A stretch of DNA of 59,095 bases, counting the filler, from Catajapyx aquilonaris (taxonomy: Eukaryota), in NCBI GenBank assembly GCA_000934665.2. It is 4 parts of 4 records of this genome, joined end to end, with 100 filler letters (N's around TTAATTAATTAA, not from the genome) between each part and the next. Parts side by side here need not be neighbours in the genome. Positions count along the whole stretch, not along the records: positions 14,824 to 29,511 come from JYFJ02007712.1; positions 29,612 to 44,300 come from JYFJ02007713.1; 2 more parts are not named here. The stretch is one strand, 5' to 3'. Every line of letters begins with the position of its first letter. Position 1 is the stretch's first letter. The position numbers were made by a program, and so were the translations under genes. This document shows, one piece after another, positions 26,570 to 37,916 of this stretch. The notes below the pieces were generated by a model that did not search any database, had not been told where the DNA came from, and worked only from the letters and a program-made list of their open reading frames with translations.

Positions 26570-27131
26570 CAGGGTGTTTATTGTAACTCTGCAAAGACTT
26601 TCAGGGGTATTAGAGGGGACCAAGACAAATATTTTTGACATAGGAACCCGTGTCCGGAAACGCCATCTAGAGGGGGTTCATAGACAAGGAACGGGTGCGC
26701 TCAGACGCGTCACGCAAGAGGCGCTAGGCGAGCGGACTGTTTTGTTGATAGATGGCGCACAGTTGTTGCCAGGTTATGGTGTATCGCGTCGTTGTAAGCA
26801 AACCGCAACGCGATACGCCATAACCTGGCAACAACAGAACCGCTGTTGGCTATCCGCGCGTCTCCTAGGAGGCGGACTTTAGTTGCTAGATGGCTCTGCT
26901 GTTGCCACGTTATGGCACATCGCATTGTTGGTTACTATCCGAGCGCCATCTATCAACAAAACAGTCCGCTCGCCTAGCGCCTCCCACGTGACACGCCTGA
27001 GCGCACCCGTTCCTTGTCTATGAACCCCCTCTAGATGGCGTTTCCGGACACGGGTTCCTATGTCAAAAATACTTGTCTTGGTCCCCTCTATTACCTCTGA
27101 AAGTCTTTGCAGAGTTACAATAAACACCCTG
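26570..27131. mobile_element. Tc1/mariner-type palindromic MITE
   Basis: TA|CAGGGTGTTTATTGTAACTCTGC ... GCAGAGTTACAATAAACACCCTG|TA, about 190-bp TIRs. Confidence 0.92.
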
Positions 27132-27616
27132 TATACTGTGAGCTACCTCAGGGGTCACAACATTCAGGTAGAATATCCCACACACCTGGGATCCGAAATC
27201 TACACTATTTTTCAGATGCAGTATTTCTGTGAAAATTTGGATAGCCGGTGACCCACTTTTGAGATCAAGAATAAATCAAGCGTGTCATACTCCCCTGGGT
27301 CTTTTTCCAAGTAAATTAGCACATTCTCATGCAAAGTGAGTAGTTCACACCATGGTCTTGGAATATACTGGTTTGGTCACTCCCCCTCTTATCGCGTTCA
27401 GCTAGATGCCATGGGTAGTGCTTTGGAGAGCCGTAACAGCGCTGCTCGGGGCAAGTGCCTGTCACAATCCTAGTTGGTGACTTTGCATTGTTCTAATATC
27501 GACAGCATATATAGATATGAAGTGCTTACAGAGTTGTACACTAGGATCACGACAGGCACTTTCCTCTCACTTGCCCTGAGCAGTGCTGTAGCTGCTATCC
27601 CATGCACTACCACTAC

Positions 27617-27700
<84 letters not shown>
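27617..27700. repeat. Compound (ATG)n(ATT)n microsatellite
   Basis: Direct reading. Confidence 0.95.
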
Positions 27701-27702
<2 letters not shown>

Positions 27703-27954
27703 GCAACGCAATATTTGTCCATGGGAATTCATCACCATACCTTGGGTCCCTCATAACTCATAATGGCCATTCATTTTGTCTGAACTTTTGTTTTTGACCT
27801 CGGGGGAGTCAAAAATCAAAATCCTCGAAATATAGGGGTCATTCCGAAACAATTGGGCCGAAATGGCTTGGATTTTGCTGGGAAAAAATCACAGAAGTGC
27901 ACACCTATCCCATAACGCTGCATAATTATCAAGTTTCAGCGATATTGCGCAATA

Positions 27955-28775
27955 CCAGGGAGCATATACTACATAAGAGGCGCAAACTTCTGTCGGCGCG
28001 TTTGATGCTTGCGTCTCTCTGTTTAGGGCGTTGCCAAGGCTGGCGGCCATTTTGAAGTGTGTGGAACACCAACGAGGTATAAATAGGGTACAGGCCACGG
28101 TCATATAAGTAAGGTCTGGTCACTCCCACCCACCCCCTGCCGAGGCATTTTGCAGCGGGTGCTATGAGACATTTCGGAGGCCAGGATAAGTGGCGACCCT
28201 ACCGGACTAAGGCTGAACTTTATAGGTACGAAAGGGGAGGGCTACATTGGGGGGCCCAACATGGCCGCCGGCGGCCATGTTGGGCCAGCATGTAGCGCTT
28301 TCCCTTCGTACCTATAAAGTTCAGCCTTAGTCCGGTAGGGTCACCACTTATCCTGGCCTCCGAAATGTCTCATAGCGGTCTCAGGTGAGCACCCGCTGCA
28401 AAATGCCTCGGCAGGTGATAACGCCAGAACGTAGTATAAGTGTCCGTGGGCTGGTACAGGAAAAATAGGGTCCGACATCTTTGATGGTTTTGGCTGCCAT
28501 GGCAATGCACGGCATAGTTTCCTTTTTTAATTGAATTTTGCATGTTTACTTACCCATTCCAATATCGAATTCAAATTCGCGCGTGTTATTGCCGTGTATT
28601 GCCATGGCAGCCAAAACCATCAAACATGGCGGACAACCGCGGACCTTGACGGCCTGCCTGTACCCTATTTATACATCGTTGGCGTTCCACACACTTCAAA
28701 ATGGCCGCCAGCCTTGGCAACGCCCAAAACAGAGAGACGCAAAAATCGAATGTTTGCGCCTATATGCTCCCTGGC
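27955..28775. mobile_element. Composite of nested palindromic repeats, including copy 2 of the 12175-12600 family at about 28110-28450
   Basis: Outer arms about 27955-28095 and 28657-28775 enclose hairpins at 28110-28450 and 28470-28635. Confidence 0.7.
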
Positions 28776-29074
28776 AATACCGTGTCGAGGGGAAAATATC
28801 ACGAAATTTTGGAAAGGCTGAAAATTAAGACATTTTGGGGGATTTTTTTTTTTTTCAGTGAGGGGAAATGGTCAAAACCCAATAATAAAATTAATTAAAA
28901 GAAGGAAAAAAACAAGGGAAATCCTTCTATGAAATTAGTTTTCCTCTAAAATGTCGCCATAAAAACGTACGTGGCATTCCAACGCTCACACATCCTAGAT
29001 TTTCGGTTCTTGAAAATTAGCCTAATGGTAAATCTGCAAAACATCTATAATATTAAAATGCTTGCGTTGTGTGT

Positions 29075-29280
29075 ATAAGCCCACTGATTGGTCCGCCCCC
29101 ATATTGTTGCCGCCACCTCTTCCTATTGGCCCCCGTCCATTGTTGCTGCGACTAATTCAACACGCATTGTTACCACGACGCCTCCGATTGGCCCCCGTTC
29201 CGAGCATGCGCAATGGGGGTGGAACACGTCCAGTCGCATGTTGAGTTGTTGACCTCCGAGGGTGAAAGTCGCTTTGGTAA
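29075..29280 (+). promoter_or_regulatory. Candidate CpG-rich TATA-less promoter of an unidentified gene
   Basis: Three ATTGG (CCAAT) boxes near 29086, 29125 and 29187; GC box CCGCCCC at 29093; NRF1/EWG-like GCATGCGCA near 29203; Inr-like CCAGTC at 29230; possible donor TTG|GTAAAT near 29277. Confidence 0.45.
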
Positions 29281-29511
29281 ATGTGCAGAAAGCGACATTC
29301 TCCAAGAAATATCGGTTTTTATGGTGGGAGAATATCGATATATGATTTTTATACTGCACCGATATATCGGAGGGAAAGTTGGTTACTCTGATCGATATAT
29401 ATCAATGTACAGATATAAAATAAAGACACTGGGATGCCCACACACAAAAGCTGACAGTAAGCAGCAGGGCAAGACACTCTCAAATACTATACAGGACGTG
29501 TCTGTAAGATG

Positions 29512-29611
29512 NNNNNNNNNNNNNNNNNNNNNNNNNNNNNNNNNNNNNNNNNNNNTTAATTAATTAANNNNNNNNNNNNNNNNNNNNNNNNNNNNNNNNN
29601 NNNNNNNNNNN
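29512..29611. other. Artificial spacer
   Basis: 44N-TTAATTAATTAA-44N. Confidence 0.97.
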
Positions 29612-31877
29612 GGGGGCAACTTCCCAAAGTATACTTTCCGCCTCCTGTGGCCAAGGATGACCTCGGAGGTCAATTCCAATGTGCTTAAAACCTTCCCAGT
29701 AAAAAACTACCCCTAGTGATACCCCTGGGGCATATGTGGAGGCCTCCGTATGGATCTGATGAGGTCATAACAGGAAAGACAGATATACAGATATACGTCT
29801 TGAAATATGTAATAGATGATGTTTATGACATTTCACATAGTCATAGACCATTCTCTATTTCTTGAGAGAGTGAATCAGAACTCCATGACATGCGAACAAC
29901 TGTAATGTCTGCCTTGGCCCAATGTAAGTCTAAAATGTATGGGCGAGAAATTATGAGGCACCAAACAGTATACTAATGACATAGATGAATGACAACTAAC
30001 ATTTGTTAATAAGCCACACAGGGCAACTCACAGTGCCACTTCTGGAATATACTCCACCTGGAACATTCCAGTTAATGTGCAAGAGTAGCAATATAGGTCA
30101 GGTAACCTATCAATCCACACATGTACAGTGAAGAGTGCACTGCCCAAATGAGAGGATACCATGTTGGTTGACATGTTTGTTTACTCTGCACCCAAATGTT
30201 TTTGTCCACCAGTTGGTGCTTCAACATTTCTTGCCCTTCCAATGAGAATTTCATTGGGCCAAGGAATCTACTAGCAGCTGGATGACCTGCAGTTCTGACT
30301 CACACTTTAGCACTTACAGTATAGGTCTTAGGGTGTAGTGTCTCACTGCATAGCCATGATTTGAATAAAAAGTCACTAAAATGGGAGAGAGAGAAATGGT
30401 GAGGCACCAACTACAGATGTAAGGGAAGTTATATCCATGGACATTCTGACACAACATTTCTGGTACTGCAGCAGGTAGCATTTGATAGAAAATGGCGTGG
30501 TGTATTGTCGCGTAATGAGGTGAAAGGTCGAAGGAAACAAGATATGTCACTGCAATTGCCCATGTAGTAAAGTATGCTGTCAAGTGTGCTGGAATCTACA
30601 ATTCTGCTTGGTTTTTTTCTAGATTGAAGAATTAGCGGCCAAGCTGCCACATCATCAAGAGGGACCTCAAAAGTAGAGTGTACACTGTGTTTGATGTTCT
30701 TATGGGTGTCTTGTGTTACCAATCTCCATGACATCTTCAGTGACAAGTGAAGATATATGGTACCAGATTCTACGTTTTTGCTTGTAACGGGATATAGTTT
30801 ATGTTTATTGTGGTAAGTGTTTACATCTCATGTGATGTATGTTGCACGGAACCATGTTTAAGTCGTGTACAGTGTAGTCTGTATTTCATGTGACATGATG
30901 AGGGAGCTCTTATTGATTCATGTCACATTCTCTTTGTTGCACTGTACCTTTTCCCGTAACCCCGGGCAGACAAGAGAGTAGGTCTGCCCGGAAAACGACT
31001 GATGAAAAACTGATAATGTCTGAACAAGTGAGGATGGAGGCTCAAGCCAGGACCAACTTTGGCAGGCCAGTGACTTAACTATGAGACCACCATTCTCCCT
31101 CTGGACAAGAGGGACATGTTCAAAGTATGATTGAGGCACATAGTGTAGAGGAGTTAGATTGATCAGAAATTGTATAACTTTGTTATATGCCAGGGGTTAC
31201 AGGTCAACACTATAGTCCAAATCTCAAAGTATGTTATTTTAATGGTCCAAAAAGCATATTAAACATTGTGGACAAAGTCCAATAGTTTTATGTAAAATCC
31301 AATGTGTGGCTGTCAAGTTAATTGTCAGATAAACGTGACATCTATTGTGGGATCTGTTGTCAAAAAGTATATTTGTATGGGAGTTATTTCAAATACACTT
31401 TTACAAATAAGTTGGTCATAACTGCACTTAATGGATTCAGATTACCATTGCTTGAAAATTGGTTTGCGAAATTTATAGTAGTTGGGTGACAAGACAGTAT
31501 CTATTTATCGAATTTCTATTTTTACTGAACTATGGAAGTGAAACAGAGCTATGTGGCATTAGCAATGAGGAGACATTTTTGCTCTGTGTGCTCCATCCAC
31601 AGAATGGTGGACATACTTGTCTAGGAAGACAGGTCCATGTGGAAAATATACTTTGTAGCTGGTCAGTGATATCATCATAGACATTGCAATTTTGGGTGTT
31701 ATTGGGTGTAATTCTGATTGTGTAGCAAGCTATGTAATGGTGTTTTTGAAACAAAAAATGTTTGTATTCTCTGTTGCTGTTGACTTCGGAGCACCATGAA
31801 TGATTGAGGTTAAGATTTTTGACTTACACCTACAATACACGTTTAAGGTACATTACTCATGACATGCTTAGGAACCA

Positions 31878-32243
31878 CAGTAGAACCCCGATTATTATCC
31901 GACCTCCGATTATATATCTGACCTCTGATTATTCGACTCCTCTGATTATTATCCAACGGTCGCCCTCCAGCAATACATCTATATTTTTCTCATCAAATAC
32001 TGTAATGTACTGTGCATTTGGTTCATATTGCCTTAGTTAAATACAGCACAGTAGAGTGTGAATGTAAAAGATAAATACTTTCCTATTTCTTTTAAAACCA
32101 CATTGTATATTATTTCATGTGTTGTTTTTTTTTGTTTCTTTCAGGCTTCCTTAAAGTTTTCTTTGCTCCTCAGATTATCCTACCTTTTTTCGTATCCGAC
32201 CATGCCCTGGTCCTATGTGTGACAGATAATTGGGGCTCTACTG
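31878..32243. mobile_element. pogo/Tigger-like MITE
   Basis: CAGTAGAACCCCGATTAT ... ATAATTGGGGCTCTACTG|TA with subterminal GATTAT repeats. Confidence 0.7.
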
Positions 32244-32996
32244 TAATTGCAAATAGTGCGTGCGTGCGTGTGTGTGTTTTTTTTTTGTTTTTTTTGTTTT
32301 TTTGCAATGCCACGTAGCTCAGGTGCTACTTCTGTTCAATGTACTCTCCATTTGAAATAGCTATTACATTTGAAGATCTCGGGGGAAGAACGATCAAGGT
32401 CCACCTCAGGTGAAACTGAGATATTCCAATTTTAAATTTCGAAGGCTCATAAGGGTCCATTGTAAATCCCACTTCCGAGGCCTTCCATAGGGACCTATGA
32501 TCATTACTCCACAACCATGACCAAACCATCATATTCTACACTAGTGAAAGTATCTCCTGAGAAAATGTAACTAATTTTTGACAAAAAGTGGACCCTGATC
32601 ATTCTTCCCCTGAGGTCTTCATTTATGGTTTGTTTCTTGTCACTGAAACACTGGATAGAATGACAACCCAGCCCAGGGCAGTTTTGACCCAATTATTTTT
32701 AAGAGTGTAGGTGCACTTAACAACCATTACATGAAGCCATATTGTTCAGTGCAATGTATCCATTGCGCACTTGCATTTATAATAGTGCGTTTGTAATGAG
32801 ATGGTAATTATCAGTCAGATTGCATGGTTAATCTATGTTTGAGCATTATACAACAGGTCATTTACCAAGGCCATGGCTCATTTCTTCATGTTTTGTGGTC
32901 ATACCATGCCCAGAAAAGCTGTATGTTACAATTGTTGGATGCCATGTTACGTAACATAAAATTGTGAAAGTGTGACTTGGGTGTATTTTATTTTAA

Positions 32997-33949
32997 GAGG
33001 GCCGGGTCACCTCGTTCCCGTCACTTTTTCTGGCCGCTTCGAGAGCAAATCCGTCGTGCAGACTTGTCTTCAACCTGCCCGTATGGACGCGCTATCACAG
33101 ATACGGACATGACGTGGTCTTTTGCCTTGCTCGGCGGATGAACCAGAGCTGCTTCCGGTCCTGCAACGGTTCGAATCAAACAATAATTGATCGATCGGCA
33201 ACATGAAGTTCGATTGAGAATCGGCGTCACAGGGGCTCAGCCGTGGATCCGTATATTTAAATTCTGACGACTGTGAGTAATAGCTCCACACTTTATCTAT
33301 TTTCAAACGCATTTTCGAGCCGATTGAACTGTTTTTGTGGCGAATACGTGAGAAGAGCTGAGACGCTGTTAGCAGTCCAAGACTTCAAAATATGAAGGGG
33401 ACCACACGTGGCAAAGTCGCGTGGTCGGATCCGACCCCCTCCCACCACCCACTCCCCCACCCTTCCTGGCTGCTGGCTGCTGGCCGGCCGACCTTCGGAC
33501 GGGTCGGGGAGTGGGTGGTAGGAGGGGTTCGGATCCGACGCGTGTGGCCCCCTTCATATTTTCTAGTCTTGGACTGCTAACAGCGTCTCAGCTCTTCTCA
33601 CGTAATCGCCACAAAAACAGTTCAATCGGCTCGAAAATGCGTTTGCAAAGAGATAAAATGTGGAGCTATTACTTGCAGTCGCCAGAATTTAAATATACAG
33701 ATCCACGGCCGAACCCCTGTGACGGCGATTCTCAATCGAACTTCATGTTGCCGATCGATCAATTATTGTTTGATTCGAACCGATACAGGACCGGAAGCAG
33801 CTCCGGTTCATCCGCCGCGCAAGGCAACATTCCGTTTGTCCGTATCTGTGAAAACGCGCCCATACAGGCAGGTAGAAGACAAGTCTGCACGACGGATTTG
33901 CTCTCGAAGCGGCCAGAAAAAGTGGCGGGAACGAGATGGCCCGGCCCTC
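32997..33949. mobile_element. About 950-bp fully palindromic element, Sola3- or Kolobok-like
   Basis: TTAA|GAGGGCCGGG ... CCCGGCCCTC|TTCA; arms mirror up to a centre near 33475. Confidence 0.85.
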
Positions 33950-34846
33950 TTCAGGCCGTTGTCACGTGGTACTCCTCTTAGAAATGTACCCCTTTACCGT
34001 TGTACTGTAATGTTGCAGGATTATGATCATGCATTATAAATCCTGTAGATGTTTGGTTTCTGTGTGGGAAGTGTGAGGCCAAATTAAAATATTAAAATCC
34101 ATCCAGTCCTTTCCTTCTAATAAGCGTGAAACTTCAAGAGGAATACAGCGTGCTTCATTTTGTTCAGTGTCAGTTTACTTGTAACTTCTTTCCATAGCAG
34201 CAGACCTTGCTGAATTGGTTGAATTTGGGCAAGGATAGTATGGGAGCCCTTCCCCATTCACCCATAAAACTGTAACCTCTTTCTGTAATTTTCGTCAATA
34301 AAATGTCACTATAAGGCAAATGTTTGGCCTAATCTTAACCCATTTGCCAATGAAATTTTAGCATAGCGACATTTATTGGGAGGTGCAGCAACCAAATGCT
34401 ATGTAAAAGTACAGTAAGTCTACCGGGTCCTCTAAATACCAGTATTGAAAGTCACCTAATCACATCTATTGTTCGAGCTGCTATTTTGGAAACCTCTGGG
34501 AGCCATCTTCTAACTAAGGCAACTACTAATCTAATACTACAAAAAGTTGCGTGTGTGAAGTTGGTTCATCCACCACCACCGACAGACTTGGGTCAGTGGG
34601 GTCATGGCTCCCCCCCCCCCTTCCAGGTCACTCCCCGTCTCTTCTCCTCCTCGGATAGGGGCTTTATATATACACGATTCATACCTCACATGTCACCCTT
34701 ATCTGGGTCGTAAATAAAAAGGGCAATATCAGACATTTGCGTTTCCTGGTGTTCTGAAATATGTCGCCTGGTTTTGATAATGGCCTACTGACTTATTGCA
34801 ATATGATTTACTGCGATCTGTACTCACGAACGGGCTCCCAAGGCTC

Positions 34847-34911
<65 letters not shown>

Positions 34912-35715
34912 TCATACCCCGTTATCAGCCTATCGGCTCTTTAGGGGGGAAGTTTTTTTTGTTTTGCCTGGAACTCTTTGCTTTCATTTTACTGCGCTTT
35001 TTGGGATAGGATAGGGACGGAAGGAAGCGGCTGTGGCCTATTAACCCTTTGATGGCTGAGGTTTTTTGGCCGTTTTAGTCTCTTTTTGAAAAAAAAATTA
35101 GTAGGAGTAATATTAATGAAAAACAATATGCTCCAATATTTATCATTTCAACTCGTGGCTGTCCTTTTGAATGTAAAATGCCGAAAAAATTCATCTACAG
35201 GGTGTTCCAGAATTTTTTAAAAGTGCAATTAACTTGAAACGTAATTAAATTTATTTAAATTTTTAAAGTCACTATAAAATTGTTACTATGGTTACATAAT
35301 ACTACTAAAACACTGTACTTCGAGAAATTCCTACGAGTGCAGACGCCGCATGTTGCCAAAAACTTTCAGGCGGGAGGGGGTATGTTTAGCTCCCACTGGG
35401 AGGCGGAAAACCTGATTAGTATACGCCATGGTAGTTGAGCCCCCTTCCACGAGGTGGTAGGAGCAGTTTGAGCCTCAAACTGCGCCATTTTTGTGCAAAT
35501 TCTAGCGCTCCCAGTTCAAAAACCAGCAGGACATCATATGATGTCCGTAGCCATTAAAGGGTTAATTACGGAAACAACTCCGGAATTTTCTTGGAAGGAC
35601 CGTGGGAAACCACAGAAAACTACGGTCAGAGTTGCCGGCCCCGGGATTTGATTCCAGGACCTCCCGATTAGCAGTCGGACACCATATCCCCTACTCCAAA
35701 CTGCTTCGGTGGCTC
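34847..35715 (-). mobile_element. tRNA-derived SINE family B with (TTA)n tail, interrupted by a piggyBac MITE
   Basis: Minus-strand B-box-like GGAATCAAATCCC; body with GGAAGGAAGCGG..GTGGCCTA / GGGAAACCAC..AAAAC motif common in insect SINEs; tail 34847-34911; CTCATAA on both flanks. Confidence 0.75.
35045..35561. mobile_element. piggyBac-type MITE, copy 1
   Basis: TTAA|CCCTTTGATGGCT ... AGCCATTAAAGGG|TTAA; reverse-complement homolog at 57251-58036. Confidence 0.9.
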
Positions 35716-35727
35716 CTCATAAGGATA

Positions 35728-36299
35728 CAGGTAGTACCGGTACCCATTTTACGCCGGTAATTGGTTCCCGCAAAACGCGGCGTAAAATGGAAAGGGGTAA
35801 AACGAGACAAAAATAATTATAATGGAAGTAAATGAGATAGGTTCCAAGATTTCAAAAAATTTCCATGATACAGTGCTTAAATTGCAGTTTTTAATGCCGA
35901 CTATTTCAAACATTTATAATGCACGTATATAATGGGAGGTTCCAGGTTAAGGGTCATCTGGTTTTGAGCCCTCTTTTCCCTTCATTTGGCAAGAACTGCA
36001 GTAGTTAGGGTATTTAATAGACTTCGGAGGGTTCCGATGAGACCAACAATACGGTACTGTATTTATCGATAGAACCCGCCACAAGGCACCACGAAAGACA
36101 AAATAGAGAATTATTTTATGGTCGTGCGTTTGAACTCAAAAGTGTTGAAGTGTTGTGCTTATGTTCAGATAAATCAGATTGTGTTGTTATCGTCATATTT
36201 TTCACAATTTTTCACTTTAAAAATTTTATAATGTCATTTTCAAACCGGCGTTAACGTAAAACGGCGTCAAATGGAGCGGTGTAAAACGGGTACCTACTG
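35728..36299. mobile_element. pogo/Tigger-like MITE
   Basis: TA-CAG..GGTACCCATTTTACGCCG ... CGGTGTAAAACGGGTACCTACTG-TA. Confidence 0.6.
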
Positions 36300-36844
36300 T
36301 ATTTGATAATTGGACGGTGTAGCGCCAAAGGAAGGGGGGGGGGGGNGGGATTCAGCAGGAAGAGGGAAGTGGGGCGGATCTAGAATAAAGAAGGAGTAGT
36401 GTGGGGAGAAGCTTGGTGTGTGTAGAAGCCTAGTGTCTGAGTGAGAATAAAATGGGAAGCTACACTGGTGTCAGTGGCGGTACGGCTCAGGTCGGTGTCC
36501 GGTGATTGATTGCGCTGTGTTACGTCCCGATATGGATCACCGGCCGACGGAGCGATCTATGTTGGAGGATTTTGACGTGGATACGTCTTTAAAATCGGAT
36601 CAGGGGGCATGCAGGCAAACTCGAGCGTCACAGAAAAGCGTTACAGCAAGGCCCTGCCATGGTCCCCTGGCAGGGCCCTGCTGTAACGCTTTTGTGTGAC
36701 GCTCGAGTTTGCCTATGCCCCCCTGATCCGATTTTAAAGACGTATCCACGTCAAAACCACTCTCTAAGTCCAACGTCGTAAAGTATTTAGCACCGTTCAA
36801 TCTATCTAGTGCATCATCTATCTGCGGTAGGGGCCACACCACCT

Positions 36845-37889
36845 CACAGTGTGTCCAAACGCGAGACACTTGGACAAAAATTGTGACAGAATTGTACTGC
36901 CCGCCTTGCTCTTCCCCGCAGGGAGATTGGCACCTTGGTGGTGCGGTGCAATTGGCACCACTAGCCGGCGGCGGGGAGGGGGGGGGGGAGAGGAAGAGAG
37001 AGTCGAGTGTAGGCAGCCGAGTAGGGTGGACGCTTGCAGCGTCGTCTCCCTGGTGAGTTGTAATGAGTGCTGTACTCCTACCTTATTGGGCATTAAAGCA
37101 AAGCGTAACGAGGCAGTCTGTGTTCTGATTATGTAATCGGCATAGAAGGTAACCTTTGACCTCTGAGGTCACAAAATGGTAAAACCAAGTTGGCAGAGTC
37201 ATGTCAAATCTGCCATAATGTAAGAAATTAATGTCTGAACAATAATAATAAAAACCGTGGTAGCTTCAATTAAGATGAGTTTTATGCCAGGCAGGTACTC
37301 AAGTCGAGTGTTCGCCTGCCACTTTTGTGTCTATTCAGTCGGCTTCGAATGGTCATGGAAGAAAGGTCACCGCATTTCCAAATTCAGGCTCATCCGGATT
37401 TTAAGCTGTGCATAAAATACCTTTGGCTAAGTACTACTTACCCTCATGTAGCAATTTGAATGTGACCTTGAAATATCGGTGCTAGGCACTCCTTTGTTGA
37501 GGCCTCCATCACGCATATTTGTCACGTCATTGATTTGATTTCAAAGACGAAAAGTAACAGATTTCACAATATTTCACTTCGAATCTCACATTAAACGAAA
37601 GACTAGATAGACTCACTACGTTTCAATACCACATAATGCCACATTTTTTTCAAAAAGGGGGCAGCATTTGTCATGCTACACCGACAAAAGTTGCAATTAT
37701 GTCACTTAAAACTAAGTGCATCTATAACAGGGGAGTCTAGTCATTCGTTTGGTGTGTCATTCAAAGGGAAACTTGTGAAATTCACTACTTTCATCTTGAA
37801 AATCAGAGGTATATCGTGACCTTCGTGACAAATCCGCGCGGAATGGAAGCCATTTTTGTCCAAGCATTTCCTCGTTTGGACACACTGTG
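36845..37889. mobile_element. Transib/RAG-like non-autonomous DNA transposon with RSS-like ends
   Basis: CACCT|CACAGTGTGTCCAAACG ... CGTTTGGACACACTGTG|CACCT; 5-bp TSD; CACAGTG-22/23 nt-ACAAAAAT at each end; no transposase ORF. Confidence 0.88.
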
Positions 37890-37916
37890 CACCTTCTTGG
37901 TCATCGCGTTAAGCCT

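Noticed and set aside
29750..31010. CTGATGA motifs near 29756 and 30999 as hammerheads
   Set aside because: Stem II/GAAA geometry does not fit in either case.
23373..33981. Longer ORFs within GC-rich repeats (e.g. 23383-23877, 24927-25379, 33421-33981)
   Set aside because: They lie in palindromic MITEs, appear mirrored on both strands, and show no protein motifs.
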